64,000 nt of DNA from an uncultured Candidatus Saccharibacteria bacterium (lineage in GTDB: Bacteria > Patescibacteriota > Minisyncoccia > Phycocordibacterales > UBA9973). The first letter of the stretch is position 1. Every line of letters starts with the position of its first letter. Below, one piece after another: positions 18,294-27,451 of this stretch. The position numbers and the translations under genes are program-made. The stretch spans positions 417-64,416 of the forward strand of contig CAYNLU010000001.1 in the NCBI GenBank assembly GCA_964398205.1, given 5' to 3'. The notes under the pieces are model-generated. The model worked only from the letters and a program-made list of their open reading frames with translations. It searched no databases and was not told where the DNA came from.

Positions 18294-19075
18294 TATTTAG
18301 CTATGGTTAAAATCTCTCCACCATTTTTACCAACAGCAATAGTTAATTCGAAGTGAGCACTTTTTTTACCATCCCGAGTTTTAAAAGTCCAATTATCTCC
18401 TTTGTCTAAGAAAACATTTTTAGTACCGAGGTTAAGCATCGGTTCTAAAGCAAGCACCATACCTTCTACGAGTTTTTCTCCAGTATTTTTATCTCCAAAA
18501 TTAGGAACGAAAGGATCTTCGTGAATATATTTGCCTACTCCGTGACCCGAGAGAATATCTACAATACCGTAATTATGCTTTTGCTTGCGAACGAAGCTCT
18601 CTATTGCGTAGCCTATATCTCCTACTCTTTTACCTATTTTAGCAGCCTTAATTCCTATCATCAAAGCTTCCCGAGTAATTTCTAAAAGCTTTTTATCTTC
18701 TTTCGAAATTTTTCCTACAGCTACAGTTATCGCCATATCAGTAAAATAGCCTCGGTGATTAATCCCGCAATCCAAAGATACAATATCCCCTTCTTTTAGG
18801 ATACAATCTGCTTTAGGAATTCCGTGCACAACTTCATCATTCACTGAAATGCACAAAGTTGCAGGAAAAGGAGTTTTCGCACCGTAAGGTTTATAATTTT
18901 TAAAAGCTGGTTTATCTCCGTATTCACGAATTAATTTTTCAGCATATTCGTCTAATTCCAACGTAGAAATTCCTGGACGCACTAAAAGAGCTGTTTTATT
19001 TAAAACAGTAGCTAACCTCTTTCCGCATTCTCGAATAATCTCAATTTCTTCTTTTGTTTTGATAATTATAGACAT
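18293..19075 (-). CDS. map: type I methionine aminopeptidase
   Basis: 260 aa with the pita-bread fold metal ligands (D..D..H..E..E pattern). Typical position downstream of adk. Confidence 0.9.
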   Translation of the reverse strand: MSIIIKTKEEIEIIRECGKRLATVLNKTALLVRPGISTLELDEYAEKLIREYGDKPAFKNYKPYGAKTPFPATLCISVNDEVVHGIPKADCILKEGDIVSLDCGINHRGYFTDMAITVAVGKISKEDKKLLEITREALMIGIKAAKIGKRVGDIGYAIESFVRKQKHNYGIVDILSGHGVGKYIHEDPFVPNFGDKNTGEKLVEGMVLALEPMLNLGTKNVFLDKGDNWTFKTRDGKKSAHFELTIAVGKNGGEILTIAK

Positions 19076-19759
19076 TTAATAAATCTTAGTTCCCATAAAA
19101 TTCTCGCCATTTAGATATTTTGCAAAGTTTTCGATATTTTTACCATTTAGGATTGCAACTTCGATATTATTCTCTTCTGCTAATTTAGAAGCTATAGGGT
19201 CGAAGGGGGTCGAAAGTCCAGGGTTCCACTCGGAAGGTATAAGTTCGCGATATTCTTTCCAAGTTATGCTTTCGATCTTCTTCGCATCTATAAATTTATT
19301 AGGATCTTTATCATAAGCATAATCAATATTTGAAAGATTGATAATCTTTTTAGAATTTAGTTGCTTTGCAATTAAGACAGCGTCAAGGTCAGTACTGAAA
19401 CCAGGTTTCCACCCTCCCCCTAAGATTATCGGTTTATCCATATTAATAGGTAAATTTGGGTCAGTAATAATATTTGGAAAAGCGAGATTCCCGAAAAGAG
19501 TTTTTATAAATTCTGCATTTAATCGAGTAGTATAGATACCAATCCAATCAAGCTCGTCAGAATTTAAATCTAAGATTGCTTTACCTTTATCTTGATATCG
19601 ACGGCAGATCTTACCTCCACCAGTAATAATCACAAATTTATGACCTTCGGAAACTTTTGATAAAATCAATTCTTTAAATTGTTTTAAAAATTCCACATCA
19701 ATCTCATCAGGAACAATAAGCGAACCACCGAGTGAAATTACAAAAGTTTCTTTTTCCAT
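19076..19759 (-). CDS. pyrH: UMP kinase, archaeal-type (amino acid kinase family)
   Basis: VISLGGSLI, VIITGGG, ILGGGWKPGFSTD and NIDYAYDKDP match short archaeal-type uridylate kinases. Confidence 0.65.
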   Translation of the reverse strand: MEKETFVISLGGSLIVPDEIDVEFLKQFKELILSKVSEGHKFVIITGGGKICRRYQDKGKAILDLNSDELDWIGIYTTRLNAEFIKTLFGNLAFPNIITDPNLPINMDKPIILGGGWKPGFSTDLDAVLIAKQLNSKKIINLSNIDYAYDKDPNKFIDAKKIESITWKEYRELIPSEWNPGLSTPFDPIASKLAEENNIEVAILNGKNIENFAKYLNGENFMGTKIY

Positions 19760-19760
19760 A

Positions 19761-20369
19761 TTAATTATTTAAATTTAAAGCTTTTAAAATATCATTATGA
19801 ACAGCTTCTATAACTTGCTCTCCATTAATCTCTACAACTTCAATATCTTTATCTTTAAGGAATTCCATAGAAGGAACTACGTTATTCTTGTATTCTGCGA
19901 ATCTTCTCTTTAATCCTTCTTCGGTATCATCACTACGGCCACGGAGCAAATTTCTCTTCATTGCTTCTTCTTCAGAAAGTTTAATATAAATAATTTTTAT
20001 ATTTTCTCTTTTATAAAAATTCATTTGAGCGAGAAAGTCTTCAGATTGAGCTATCGTACGCGGATAACCGTCAGCAATAAGAACAATATTTTCGTTTAAG
20101 GAATTAATTAAAATATTTGTAAAAATAGCATTCGTTAAAAAGTCAGGTTGCAATTTACCTTTTTCTAAAGTTTCTTTAACCAAAGATGCAGTTTGAGTAT
20201 CGCTAGCAGTAATCTTGCGATATTCGTTGCCTGGATAAGCGTGCAAAGATTCTAAGTTGTATTTTTGTTTTAAAAAGTCTTGCAAAAGAGTGATTTGAGT
20301 CCCCTTTCCAGATCCAACTATTCCAAAAAACACAAAAGTTTTACCTTGCATATTAATTCTATAATACAT
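19761..20369 (-). CDS. adk: adenylate kinase
   Basis: P-loop GIVGSGKGTQ, GKLxPD, DGYPRT and RxDD lid motifs. Position between secY region and map. Confidence 0.75.
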   Translation of the reverse strand: MYYRINMQGKTFVFFGIVGSGKGTQITLLQDFLKQKYNLESLHAYPGNEYRKITASDTQTASLVKETLEKGKLQPDFLTNAIFTNILINSLNENIVLIADGYPRTIAQSEDFLAQMNFYKRENIKIIYIKLSEEEAMKRNLLRGRSDDTEEGLKRRFAEYKNNVVPSMEFLKDKDIEVVEINGEQVIEAVHNDILKALNLNN

Positions 20370-20414
20370 TATTTAGCTTGAAAAATCAACGTTTTTAGCA
20401 TAGAATAAATTTAT

Positions 20415-20984
20415 ATGAAAAAAGAAATTATTACTATATCAGGATTACCTGGTAGTGGTAAAAGTAGCACAGCAGACAAAGTAGCTAAAGCTCTAAATTA
20501 CAGCAGGTTTTCTTCTGGGGATTTTATGAGGAAAATTGCAATAGAAAAAAATATTACATTAAACCAACTTTCTAAAATTGCCGAAAACGATAATGGCGAA
20601 ATAGATAATCAAATCGATAATGAGGTTTCAAAATTAAACGAAACTCAAAAAATCGTTGTTGATTCTAGGCTTGCTTTTCATTTCTTAAAAAATAGTTTTA
20701 AGGTATTTCTAGATTTAAATCCAGAAATTTCCAAAGATAGAGTTATAGAAAATTTAAAATCAAATCCTCTAAGATTAGAGAGCGAAGGATTAACTCGCCC
20801 AGAAGAAGTCTATGAAAAAATCATAGAAAGATTAAATAGTGAGAAAAAGAGGTATAGAGAATTATATAACTTAGATTACACTAATAAAGAAAACTTCGAT
20901 TTAGTAATCGACACCGAGAAAAATAATCTCGATCAAGTAGTTGAGATTATTCTAAACGAATATAAAAATTGGTTGAACTCTTAA
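20415..20984 (+). CDS. cmk: cytidylate kinase, archaeal/short type
   Basis: ITISGLPGSGKSSTA P-loop with typical NMP-kinase length. Opposite strand to its neighbours. Confidence 0.65.
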   Translation: MKKEIITISGLPGSGKSSTADKVAKALNYSRFSSGDFMRKIAIEKNITLNQLSKIAENDNGEIDNQIDNEVSKLNETQKIVVDSRLAFHFLKNSFKVFLDLNPEISKDRVIENLKSNPLRLESEGLTRPEEVYEKIIERLNSEKKRYRELYNLDYTNKENFDLVIDTEKNNLDQVVEIILNEYKNWLNS

Positions 20985-20985
20985 A

Positions 20986-21020
20986 TAAAAATCCCCACAA
21001 ACCTGTGGGGATTTTTATTT
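20986..21020. terminator. bidirectional terminator (AAAAAUCCCCACA-AACC-UGUGGGGAUUUUU)
   Basis: Perfect 9-bp G/C-containing stem with A and U tracts, between convergent cmk and secY. Confidence 0.75.
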
Positions 21021-21025
21021 ATATA

Positions 21026-22297
21026 TTAGTATTCTCTCATTGAAAGTTGAGCATCAACTTTCTTGATTATATCTAGCACAACTGAAACCACGATAAGCAA
21101 AGCTGTACCTCCTAAAGCAATAGTATTAATACCTGTTATGTTTTGCATAATTATAGGTAAAACTGCTATAAAGCCTAAGAATAAAGCTCCAAATAAAGTA
21201 ATACGAGTTAAAACTTTTGAAACATAATCACGAGTAGATCCTCCTGGACGAACTCCTGGGATGAAAGCTCCATTTTTTTGCAAATTAGTAGCTAATTGAT
21301 CCGGGTCGAAAGTAACTGCAGTATAAAAATAAGTAAACAAGAATACGAATATAAAATATAGAATTCCGTATAATACTGAAGTTTGACTAAATCCTTGAAG
21401 TGAAACAGCAATACTTTTTATAGTTTCATTAGAAGAAGAAACTAATAAATTACCAGCGATTTGAGGTAAAAGCAAGATAGATAAAGCGAAAATAATAGGC
21501 ATAACTCCAGCTTGATTCATACGAAGTGGTAAATAAGTACTACCTCCTCCATAAACTTTATTTCCTCTAACTTGTTTAGCATAAGTTACAGATATAGGTC
21601 TTTCAGCTTCAGTAATAAATACAACTCCTGCAACAACCAATAATCCAACAATTGCAAATCCTATATAACTAGGAATCAAAGACGGATCAAAAGTAAACAA
21701 AAGTTGACTAACTTTAGCAGGTAAGTTTGCTACGATACCAGCAAAGATAATCATAGAAACTCCATTACCAACACCAAACTCACTCATAAGTTCTCCTAAC
21801 CACATAGTTAACACTGCTCCAGCAATAACTATTATCAAATTAGTAATTCTTTCAAAAGAAGTTAATTCTCCTAGAATACCTTGATTTTCAAGTATAGCTA
21901 AAAGTGAGAAACCTTGAATAGCAGCGAAAATAACAGTAAATACACGAGAGTATTGAGTGAATTTTTTTCTTCCAATCTCACCTTCTTCTTGATACATTCT
22001 CTTTAGAGCGGGTACCATGATAGTAAGAAGTTGCATTATGATTGATGAAGTAATATAAGGACCTACTCCAAGCATAATAATAGAAAGATTAGACAATCCT
22101 CCTCCTGAGAAAATATTTAAAATTCCAAAAAATTGATTATTAGATAAGAAACGATTAAGTTGCAATACATCTACTCCAGGAATAGGTATAGTAGAGAGTA
22201 ATCTGAAAATAAACAATGAACCTATAACAAATAGAATTTTGTTTCTGATTTGTTTATCTGTAAATATCATTTTTATTTTACTAAAGAATTTTTGCAT
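21026..22297 (-). CDS. secY: preprotein translocase subunit SecY
   Basis: 423 aa with 10 TM segments. Conserved SecY segments GIMPYI-like (GVGPYITSSIIMQLL), at the spc-operon position. Confidence 0.95.
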   Translation of the reverse strand: MQKFFSKIKMIFTDKQIRNKILFVIGSLFIFRLLSTIPIPGVDVLQLNRFLSNNQFFGILNIFSGGGLSNLSIIMLGVGPYITSSIIMQLLTIMVPALKRMYQEEGEIGRKKFTQYSRVFTVIFAAIQGFSLLAILENQGILGELTSFERITNLIIVIAGAVLTMWLGELMSEFGVGNGVSMIIFAGIVANLPAKVSQLLFTFDPSLIPSYIGFAIVGLLVVAGVVFITEAERPISVTYAKQVRGNKVYGGGSTYLPLRMNQAGVMPIIFALSILLLPQIAGNLLVSSSNETIKSIAVSLQGFSQTSVLYGILYFIFVFLFTYFYTAVTFDPDQLATNLQKNGAFIPGVRPGGSTRDYVSKVLTRITLFGALFLGFIAVLPIIMQNITGINTIALGGTALLIVVSVVLDIIKKVDAQLSMREY

Positions 22298-22310
22298 ATA
22301 TTTTTATTGT

Positions 22311-22745
22311 TTAAGCAATACTTCCTCCAGATGCTAAGATTTTTTCTTTTGCTGTAGATGAAACCTCTACTTCAGAGAAAGAAAGCTTTGTATTAAAGTC
22401 TTCTTTACCGTTTAAGATTTTAACTTTTGGAATTAAACCTTTTACTTGTGAAATAACTTTTGCTTCGATTAATGATTTCGGATTAACTGTAGAACCTGCT
22501 TTGAAAGCTTTTGCAACCTTATCTAAAGATACACATACAGGTTTTTCTTGATAAGAATTAAATCTATAACCACGGAGTTTAGGGAATTTCTTGATAATAA
22601 CTCTCATTTCTGGGCGACGTTTGTTACCAGCACGAGCTGTTTGACCCTTTCCTCCACGTCCAGAAGTCTTTGCGTGCTTTCCTCCACGTCCCACAATACG
22701 ATCCTTTTTATTTTTATTTTTTCTTTTTAATTCGTTGATTTGCAT
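22311..22745 (-). CDS. rplO: 50S ribosomal protein L15
   Basis: Gly/Arg-rich N-terminus, at the position directly before secY. Confidence 0.9.
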   Translation of the reverse strand: MQINELKRKNKNKKDRIVGRGGKHAKTSGRGGKGQTARAGNKRRPEMRVIIKKFPKLRGYRFNSYQEKPVCVSLDKVAKAFKAGSTVNPKSLIEAKVISQVKGLIPKVKILNGKEDFNTKLSFSEVEVSSTAKEKILASGGSIA

Positions 22746-22755
22746 GGCTTTTTTA

Positions 22756-23307
22756 TTATTCTACTACTTTTGATACTTCTTGATTATTTACAACTGTGGT
22801 TTCAGTTGGCTTTTTGTACTTTGAAGCAACTTGAGAAAGTGCAGCCATAGTTGCTTTAGAGTTATTTAATTTATTTTTTGTACCTGCCATAACTTTTGCA
22901 GTTACATCTTTTACTCCAGCTAAATTCAAAATATCACGAACTACTGTACCAGCTACTAATCCACGTCCTTTGTTTGGTAAAATTTGAACTTTTGAACTTC
23001 CGTATTTTGCAAAAACTTCATGAGGTAAAGACATAGATTTAGTCAAAGAAAGTTTAATCATATTTTTCTTTGCATCACGTAAAGCTTTATTGATAGCGAG
23101 CGCTGTATCACCTGCTTTACCTAAACCTAAACCTACATTACCCTTGCGATCTCCTGCGATTAAAGCTACAGAGAAAGAAAATCTACGTCCTCCAGAAACA
23201 ACACGAGTAACACGACGAATACTAACCATCTTTTGATCGAATTCTGGCTTTGGTCTACCGAAAGTACTATTCTTTCTCATATTCTTTTTTTGATTTTCTT
23301 TTTCCAT
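22756..23307 (-). CDS. rpsE: 30S ribosomal protein S5
   Basis: IRRVTRVVSGGRRFSFSVALIAGD motif. No rpmD lies between it and rplO. Confidence 0.9.
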   Translation of the reverse strand: MEKENQKKNMRKNSTFGRPKPEFDQKMVSIRRVTRVVSGGRRFSFSVALIAGDRKGNVGLGLGKAGDTALAINKALRDAKKNMIKLSLTKSMSLPHEVFAKYGSSKVQILPNKGRGLVAGTVVRDILNLAGVKDVTAKVMAGTKNKLNNSKATMAALSQVASKYKKPTETTVVNNQEVSKVVE

Positions 23308-23329
23308 AATTAATTATTATATATTTTAA

Positions 23330-23671
23330 TTAAAACTTAAGTCCCCCACTGCGAGCAGCTTCAGCAACTAATTTCACACGACCGGTATATTTAAAACCGT
23401 TACGATCGAAAACTACAGCGGAAATATTTTTTTCTTTTGCTTTTTTAGCGATCTCTGCACCAACCTTTTGTGCTCTTTCAGTTTTAGTACCTTTTTCGAT
23501 TTTGATATCACTAGCTTCAACTAAAGTATTACCTTTAACATCATCGATGATTTGAGCATAAATAAATTTATTAGAACGAAATACAGAAAGTCTAGGAAAT
23601 TCGGTAGTACCGCTCATCTTTGATCTAATCTTTGCTTTTAATCTTATTCTTTTTTCTATTTTTGTTTTCAT
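23330..23671 (-). CDS. rplR: 50S ribosomal protein L18
   Basis: [18 protein letters not shown] is a typical L18 motif. Confidence 0.9.
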   Translation of the reverse strand: MKTKIEKRIRLKAKIRSKMSGTTEFPRLSVFRSNKFIYAQIIDDVKGNTLVEASDIKIEKGTKTERAQKVGAEIAKKAKEKNISAVVFDRNGFKYTGRVKLVAEAARSGGLKF

Positions 23672-23717
23672 TGTTTTTTTGTTTTATAACTTTTTACTTT
23701 GAATTTTAAAACTAAGA

Positions 23718-24251
23718 TTATGCAGTTTTCTTACCTTGTTTTCTTCTAATAACTTCATCGTGATAACGGAAACCTTTACCTTTATAAGGTTCTGGCTTTT
23801 TGAGTGATCTCACTCCTGCAGTAAAACTACCTACTAATTCTTTATCAATTCCAGAAACTCCGATATTGTTTTTATCTACAGTTACAGTTAAACCTTCAGG
23901 GATTGCTACTACAACTGGATGAGAAAAACCTAAAGCTAAATGAATTTCTTTACCTTTTAATTCTGATTTAAAACCAACTCCTTCTAAGATTAATTTCTTT
24001 TCAAAAGGAGTTACTACGCCTTTAATCATATTCATCAAGTGAGATGCATAAGTACCCCAAAGTGCTTTTGAAAATTTATCGTTTCTTTTTACAGCTAAGG
24101 TAATATTTGCTCCTTCGATTTTTATTTCGATATCATCACGAAATTCGCGAATTAAAGTTCCCTTTGGTCCTTTTACAGATATATTAAAACCGTCTTTTTT
24201 AACTTCGACGCCTTGTGGGATAACTATTTCTTTTTTTCCTATTCTACTCAT
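23718..24251 (-). CDS. rplF: 50S ribosomal protein L6
   Basis: MSRIGKKEIVIPQGVEV start and duplicated domain. Confidence 0.9.
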   Translation of the reverse strand: MSRIGKKEIVIPQGVEVKKDGFNISVKGPKGTLIREFRDDIEIKIEGANITLAVKRNDKFSKALWGTYASHLMNMIKGVVTPFEKKLILEGVGFKSELKGKEIHLALGFSHPVVVAIPEGLTVTVDKNNIGVSGIDKELVGSFTAGVRSLKKPEPYKGKGFRYHDEVIRRKQGKKTA

Positions 24252-24263
24252 ATATTTATATAA

Positions 24264-24650
24264 CTACCAAACTTTAAATAAAATTTCTCCTCCAACTTGT
24301 TCCTTGCGAGCTTCTTTACCAGAAAGAATACCTTTTGGAGTAGATAAAACCATCAGACCTTTACCATTTTTAACAGGGAAAATTTCTTTTACGCCGATAT
24401 AAACACGTTTTGAAGGTTTTGAAACTCTTTCTACGTCACTGATTTTTGGTTTATTATCTCCGTAAACTAAACCGATTTCTAAGAAAGGTTGACCTTTTTT
24501 AGACTTTTTAGCAACAGAAGAAACAAATCCTTCTTTTACTAAACAATCCAAAATCGCATTTTTTAATTTTGAATAAGGAACTAAAACAGACTCCTTGCCT
24601 ACAAGACTTCCGTTTTTAATTGATATTATCATTTGTGAAATTGTATCCAT
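24264..24650 (-). CDS. rpsH: 30S ribosomal protein S8
   Basis: DTISDMLTRIRN-like N-terminus (DTISQMIISIKN). C-terminal GGEILFKVW. Confidence 0.9.
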   Translation of the reverse strand: MDTISQMIISIKNGSLVGKESVLVPYSKLKNAILDCLVKEGFVSSVAKKSKKGQPFLEIGLVYGDNKPKISDVERVSKPSKRVYIGVKEIFPVKNGKGLMVLSTPKGILSGKEARKEQVGGEILFKVW

Positions 24651-24690
24651 ATTTTTGTATTTTTTTAGTTGTGACCAACTAGTTTAACTA

Positions 24691-24876
24691 TTACCAAGAA
24701 GACTTACGTACACCTGGTAAATTACCTTCGTTTGCTTGCTCTCTGAAACAGATACGACACAAATCGAAGTCTCTCATAAAACCTCTTCCACGACCACAAC
24801 GAAAACAACGGTTTTTAGCCCGTGTAGAAAACTTTGGTGTTTTTAGCGATCTCGCTACTACTGATTTTTTTGCCAT
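24691..24876 (-). CDS. rpsN: 30S ribosomal protein S14, zinc-binding type Z
   Basis: 61 aa with a CxxC...CxxC zinc ribbon (CFRCGRGRG...CRICFRE). Confidence 0.9.
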   Translation of the reverse strand: MAKKSVVARSLKTPKFSTRAKNRCFRCGRGRGFMRDFDLCRICFREQANEGNLPGVRKSSW

Positions 24877-24984
24877 AATATTAAATATCGTCTTTTATTA
24901 GAAAGATATCTTGTGTATTTTCTTAAAGTTTCCTAAAAACCTTAAGGAGAAACACAGATCTTACCTAATAGCTAAGACTTCTAT

Positions 24985-25013
24985 ATACTAGCAAATCTAA
25001 ATAAATAAGTCAA
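24985..25013 (-). promoter_or_regulatory. sigma70-like promoter upstream of rpsN (TTGACT-N17-TAGTAT on the minus strand)
   Basis: The same -35/-10 arrangement recurs upstream of rpsS and tuf. Confidence 0.5.
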
Positions 25014-25052
25014 ATCTTAAGTCGCGATTGATAGGATAAAATAAAAAGGAAC

Positions 25053-25090
25053 GGGACTAAACCCGTTCCACCGCTTGTTTTTAACCTAAC
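25053..25090 (-). terminator. intrinsic terminator-like hairpin (GGAACGGG-ACUAAA-CCCGUUCC) followed by a U-tract on the minus strand
   Basis: 8-bp perfect stem inside the 335-bp rplE-rpsN spacer. Confidence 0.5.
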
Positions 25091-25179
25091 TAGATATCTC
25101 TTTTCATGTTTAAAACATTTTAAAAGTTAAACAATATATTTATACTAATTCAAGTTAATTATATTATAAAACCAAGACA

Positions 25180-25210
25180 AAATCAAAATCCCCTTTCGGG
25201 GATTTTTTAG
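25180..25210. terminator. hairpin AAAAUCCCCUUUCGGGGAUUUUUU immediately 3' of rplE
   Basis: Perfect stem with a GNRA-like loop. The U-tract is strongest on the plus strand, so it is a possible bidirectional element. Confidence 0.5.
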
Positions 25211-25212
25211 TT

Positions 25213-25779
25213 TTATTTCTTTTTCTTTTCGTCTTCTTTTTTGAAAGGAATACCTAGGTATTCATAGAAAGCGAAACCTTCTTCTTTAGTTTTAGCACTT
25301 GATACGATAGTGATAGCAAGTCCGAATACGTCTTTGATATCTTCGTCTGCGGTTTCTGGGAAGATTGTGTGTTCTTTGATACCGATAGTTGCGTTTCCAA
25401 TACTATCTACTACAGAGCGGTTAATACCTCTGAAGTCTTTAGTACGAGGTAATGCTACGTTGAAAAGCTTTTCTAAGAAAGAATACATACGGTCTCCACG
25501 TAGAGTTACAGTTACACCCACAGGATCACCTTGACGAATTTTGAAAGAAGCGATTGATTTCTTTGCTCCTCTTTTTGAAGGTTTTTGACCTGTGATTTTT
25601 GCTAAACGATCAGCGATTTGGTCATTCTTCTTGTTATCTTTCTTCATCATAGTTCCAGTTCCAACGTTAATTACAACTTTTTGTAATTTTGGAGCAGACA
25701 TTTGGTTTTTATATCCGAAAACTGGTTTCAAAACTTGGAAAGCCTCACTATTTTTTTCTTTTACGGTTAAGTGTTTCAT
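25213..25779 (-). CDS. rplE: 50S ribosomal protein L5
   Basis: Typical L5 sequence and position. Lys-rich C-terminal tail. Confidence 0.9.
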   Translation of the reverse strand: MKHLTVKEKNSEAFQVLKPVFGYKNQMSAPKLQKVVINVGTGTMMKKDNKKNDQIADRLAKITGQKPSKRGAKKSIASFKIRQGDPVGVTVTLRGDRMYSFLEKLFNVALPRTKDFRGINRSVVDSIGNATIGIKEHTIFPETADEDIKDVFGLAITIVSSAKTKEEGFAFYEYLGIPFKKEDEKKKK

Positions 25780-25781
25780 AA

Positions 25782-26087
25782 TTAAATTTCTTGATTACTT
25801 TTCTTTGCAATACGAACAAATTTATCTCCAACTTTTTTCTTGCCGATACGAGAACCTACTCCCTTTTTAGGATCAACTATCATCACATTTGAAACATGCA
25901 TAGGCATAGCTAGAGTTATAGTAGTACCCTTTTCACCTTGACGGCGAGGTTTTTGATGCTTTTTGTACATATTCAAACCTTCGACAATAACTTTGTCTTC
26001 CTTTGGTAAAGCTTTAATTATCTTACCTTTTTTACCTTTATCTTTACCTTTGATCAATATTACATTGTCTCCTTTTTTTAATTTCAT
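25782..26087 (-). CDS. rplX: 50S ribosomal protein L24
   Basis: KOW motif KLKKGDNVILIKGKDKGKKGKI. Confidence 0.9.
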   Translation of the reverse strand: MKLKKGDNVILIKGKDKGKKGKIIKALPKEDKVIVEGLNMYKKHQKPRRQGEKGTTITLAMPMHVSNVMIVDPKKGVGSRIGKKKVGDKFVRIAKKSNQEI

Positions 26088-26140
26088 ATTTTTAAATTTC
26101 TATTTATAACTTTCTTGTTATCTAAAACTTAATGGCTAGT

Positions 26141-26512
26141 TTAGATAACTTCTGGAGCTAGAGAGATAATCTTTTGGAAACCTTTCTCTGCTAGTTCGCG
26201 TGGAATTGGACCGAAGATACGACCCGCTTTTGGATCTTTCTTTCCTTTATCTAAAATTACCACAGCGTTATCATCAAAACGAATATATGAACCATCTTTA
26301 CGGCGGTATGCATTACGAGTACGTACTACAACAGCTTGATGAACATCCTTCTTTTTTACTGCTTTACGAGGAGTTGCTGTTTGTACAGAAATAACGATGA
26401 TTTCACCGATATTTGCATATCTCTTTTTTGAAGAGCCTAAAATCTTAAATACTCTTCCTATAGTACCTCCTGCATTATCTGTTATTTTAACTAAACTTCT
26501 ATCTTGTATCAT
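26141..26512 (-). CDS. rplN: 50S ribosomal protein L14
   Basis: MIQDRSLVKITDNAGG... typical L14. Confidence 0.95.
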   Translation of the reverse strand: MIQDRSLVKITDNAGGTIGRVFKILGSSKKRYANIGEIIVISVQTATPRKAVKKKDVHQAVVVRTRNAYRRKDGSYIRFDDNAVVILDKGKKDPKAGRIFGPIPRELAEKGFQKIISLAPEVI

Positions 26513-26522
26513 ATAATTTAAA

Positions 26523-26795
26523 TTATTCTACTACTATAAATTTTTTATCTTTTGAAATAGGACGAGTCTCAGCCAAGAAAACCTTGTCCCCTTTATTATA
26601 TTTATTATTCTCGTCGTGAGCTTTGTATTTCTTGCTTACTTTATAGAATTTTCCGTATTTAGGATGCTTTACGAAACGAGAAACAGAAACAACAACAGTC
26701 TTGTCCATTTTATTAGACACTACTACACCAGAAAGCAAACTTTTTGCTTTTCCTTCTTTCTTTATTTCTTTTTCATTTGTTGTTTTCTTTGCCAT
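26523..26795 (-). CDS. rpsQ: 30S ribosomal protein S17
   Basis: Typical S17 core with a Lys-rich N-terminus. Confidence 0.85.
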   Translation of the reverse strand: MAKKTTNEKEIKKEGKAKSLLSGVVVSNKMDKTVVVSVSRFVKHPKYGKFYKVSKKYKAHDENNKYNKGDKVFLAETRPISKDKKFIVVE

Positions 26796-26798
26796 ATA

Positions 26799-26984
26799 CT
26801 ATTTATTTTTATTATTTTTACTTAATTCTGTCAAGATACGAGCGATTTTTTTCTTTAAATTCTTTTGCTCTTTTGTATTCTTTGACTTTGGGTTCAATTT
26901 ATTCCACTTAAGATCATAAAGCTCTTTTTGCAACTTTGTTAAATCTTCAGTTAAGTTTTCTTTTTTCAATTCTTTCTTTGCCAT
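26799..26984 (-). CDS. rpmC: 50S ribosomal protein L29
   Basis: 61-aa helical protein between rplP and rpsQ. Confidence 0.8.
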   Translation of the reverse strand: MAKKELKKENLTEDLTKLQKELYDLKWNKLNPKSKNTKEQKNLKKKIARILTELSKNNKNK

Positions 26985-26988
26985 AAAA

Positions 26989-27414
26989 TTATTTGTTTAC
27001 TCTTGCTATAATTCTTGTTTTTAGAGGGAGCTTACTTCCTGCTTTTCTTAGAGCTTCGCGAGCTGTGTGTTCATCTACTCCATCAACTTCAAAAATTAAA
27101 CGACCTGGTAATACTTCTGCACAATATCCTTGTGGATCTCCTTTACCCTTACCCATACCTACTTGAGCAGCTTTTTGAGTATAAGGACGGTCTGGGAAAA
27201 CACGAATCCAATACTTACCAGTCTTAGTCAAAGTACGAGATACTACTTTACGCGCTGCTTCTAATTGATTAGAACGAATACGAGCTTCAGTTTCTGCTTT
27301 AAGTCCAAAAGATCCAAAAGCGAGTTTTGTACCTCTTGTTTCTGCGGTAACCTTTTTAGGGTTAGTACGCTTGCTGTGCCATTTTCTAAATTTTACTTTT
27401 TTCGGTGTAAACAT
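26989..27414 (-). CDS. rplP: 50S ribosomal protein L16
   Basis: MFTPKKVKFRKWHSKR... typical L16. Confidence 0.95.
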   Translation of the reverse strand: MFTPKKVKFRKWHSKRTNPKKVTAETRGTKLAFGSFGLKAETEARIRSNQLEAARKVVSRTLTKTGKYWIRVFPDRPYTQKAAQVGMGKGKGDPQGYCAEVLPGRLIFEVDGVDEHTAREALRKAGSKLPLKTRIIARVNK

Positions 27415-27451
27415 ATATTTAAATTAATTATATTGTAGTAAATTTATTCTA

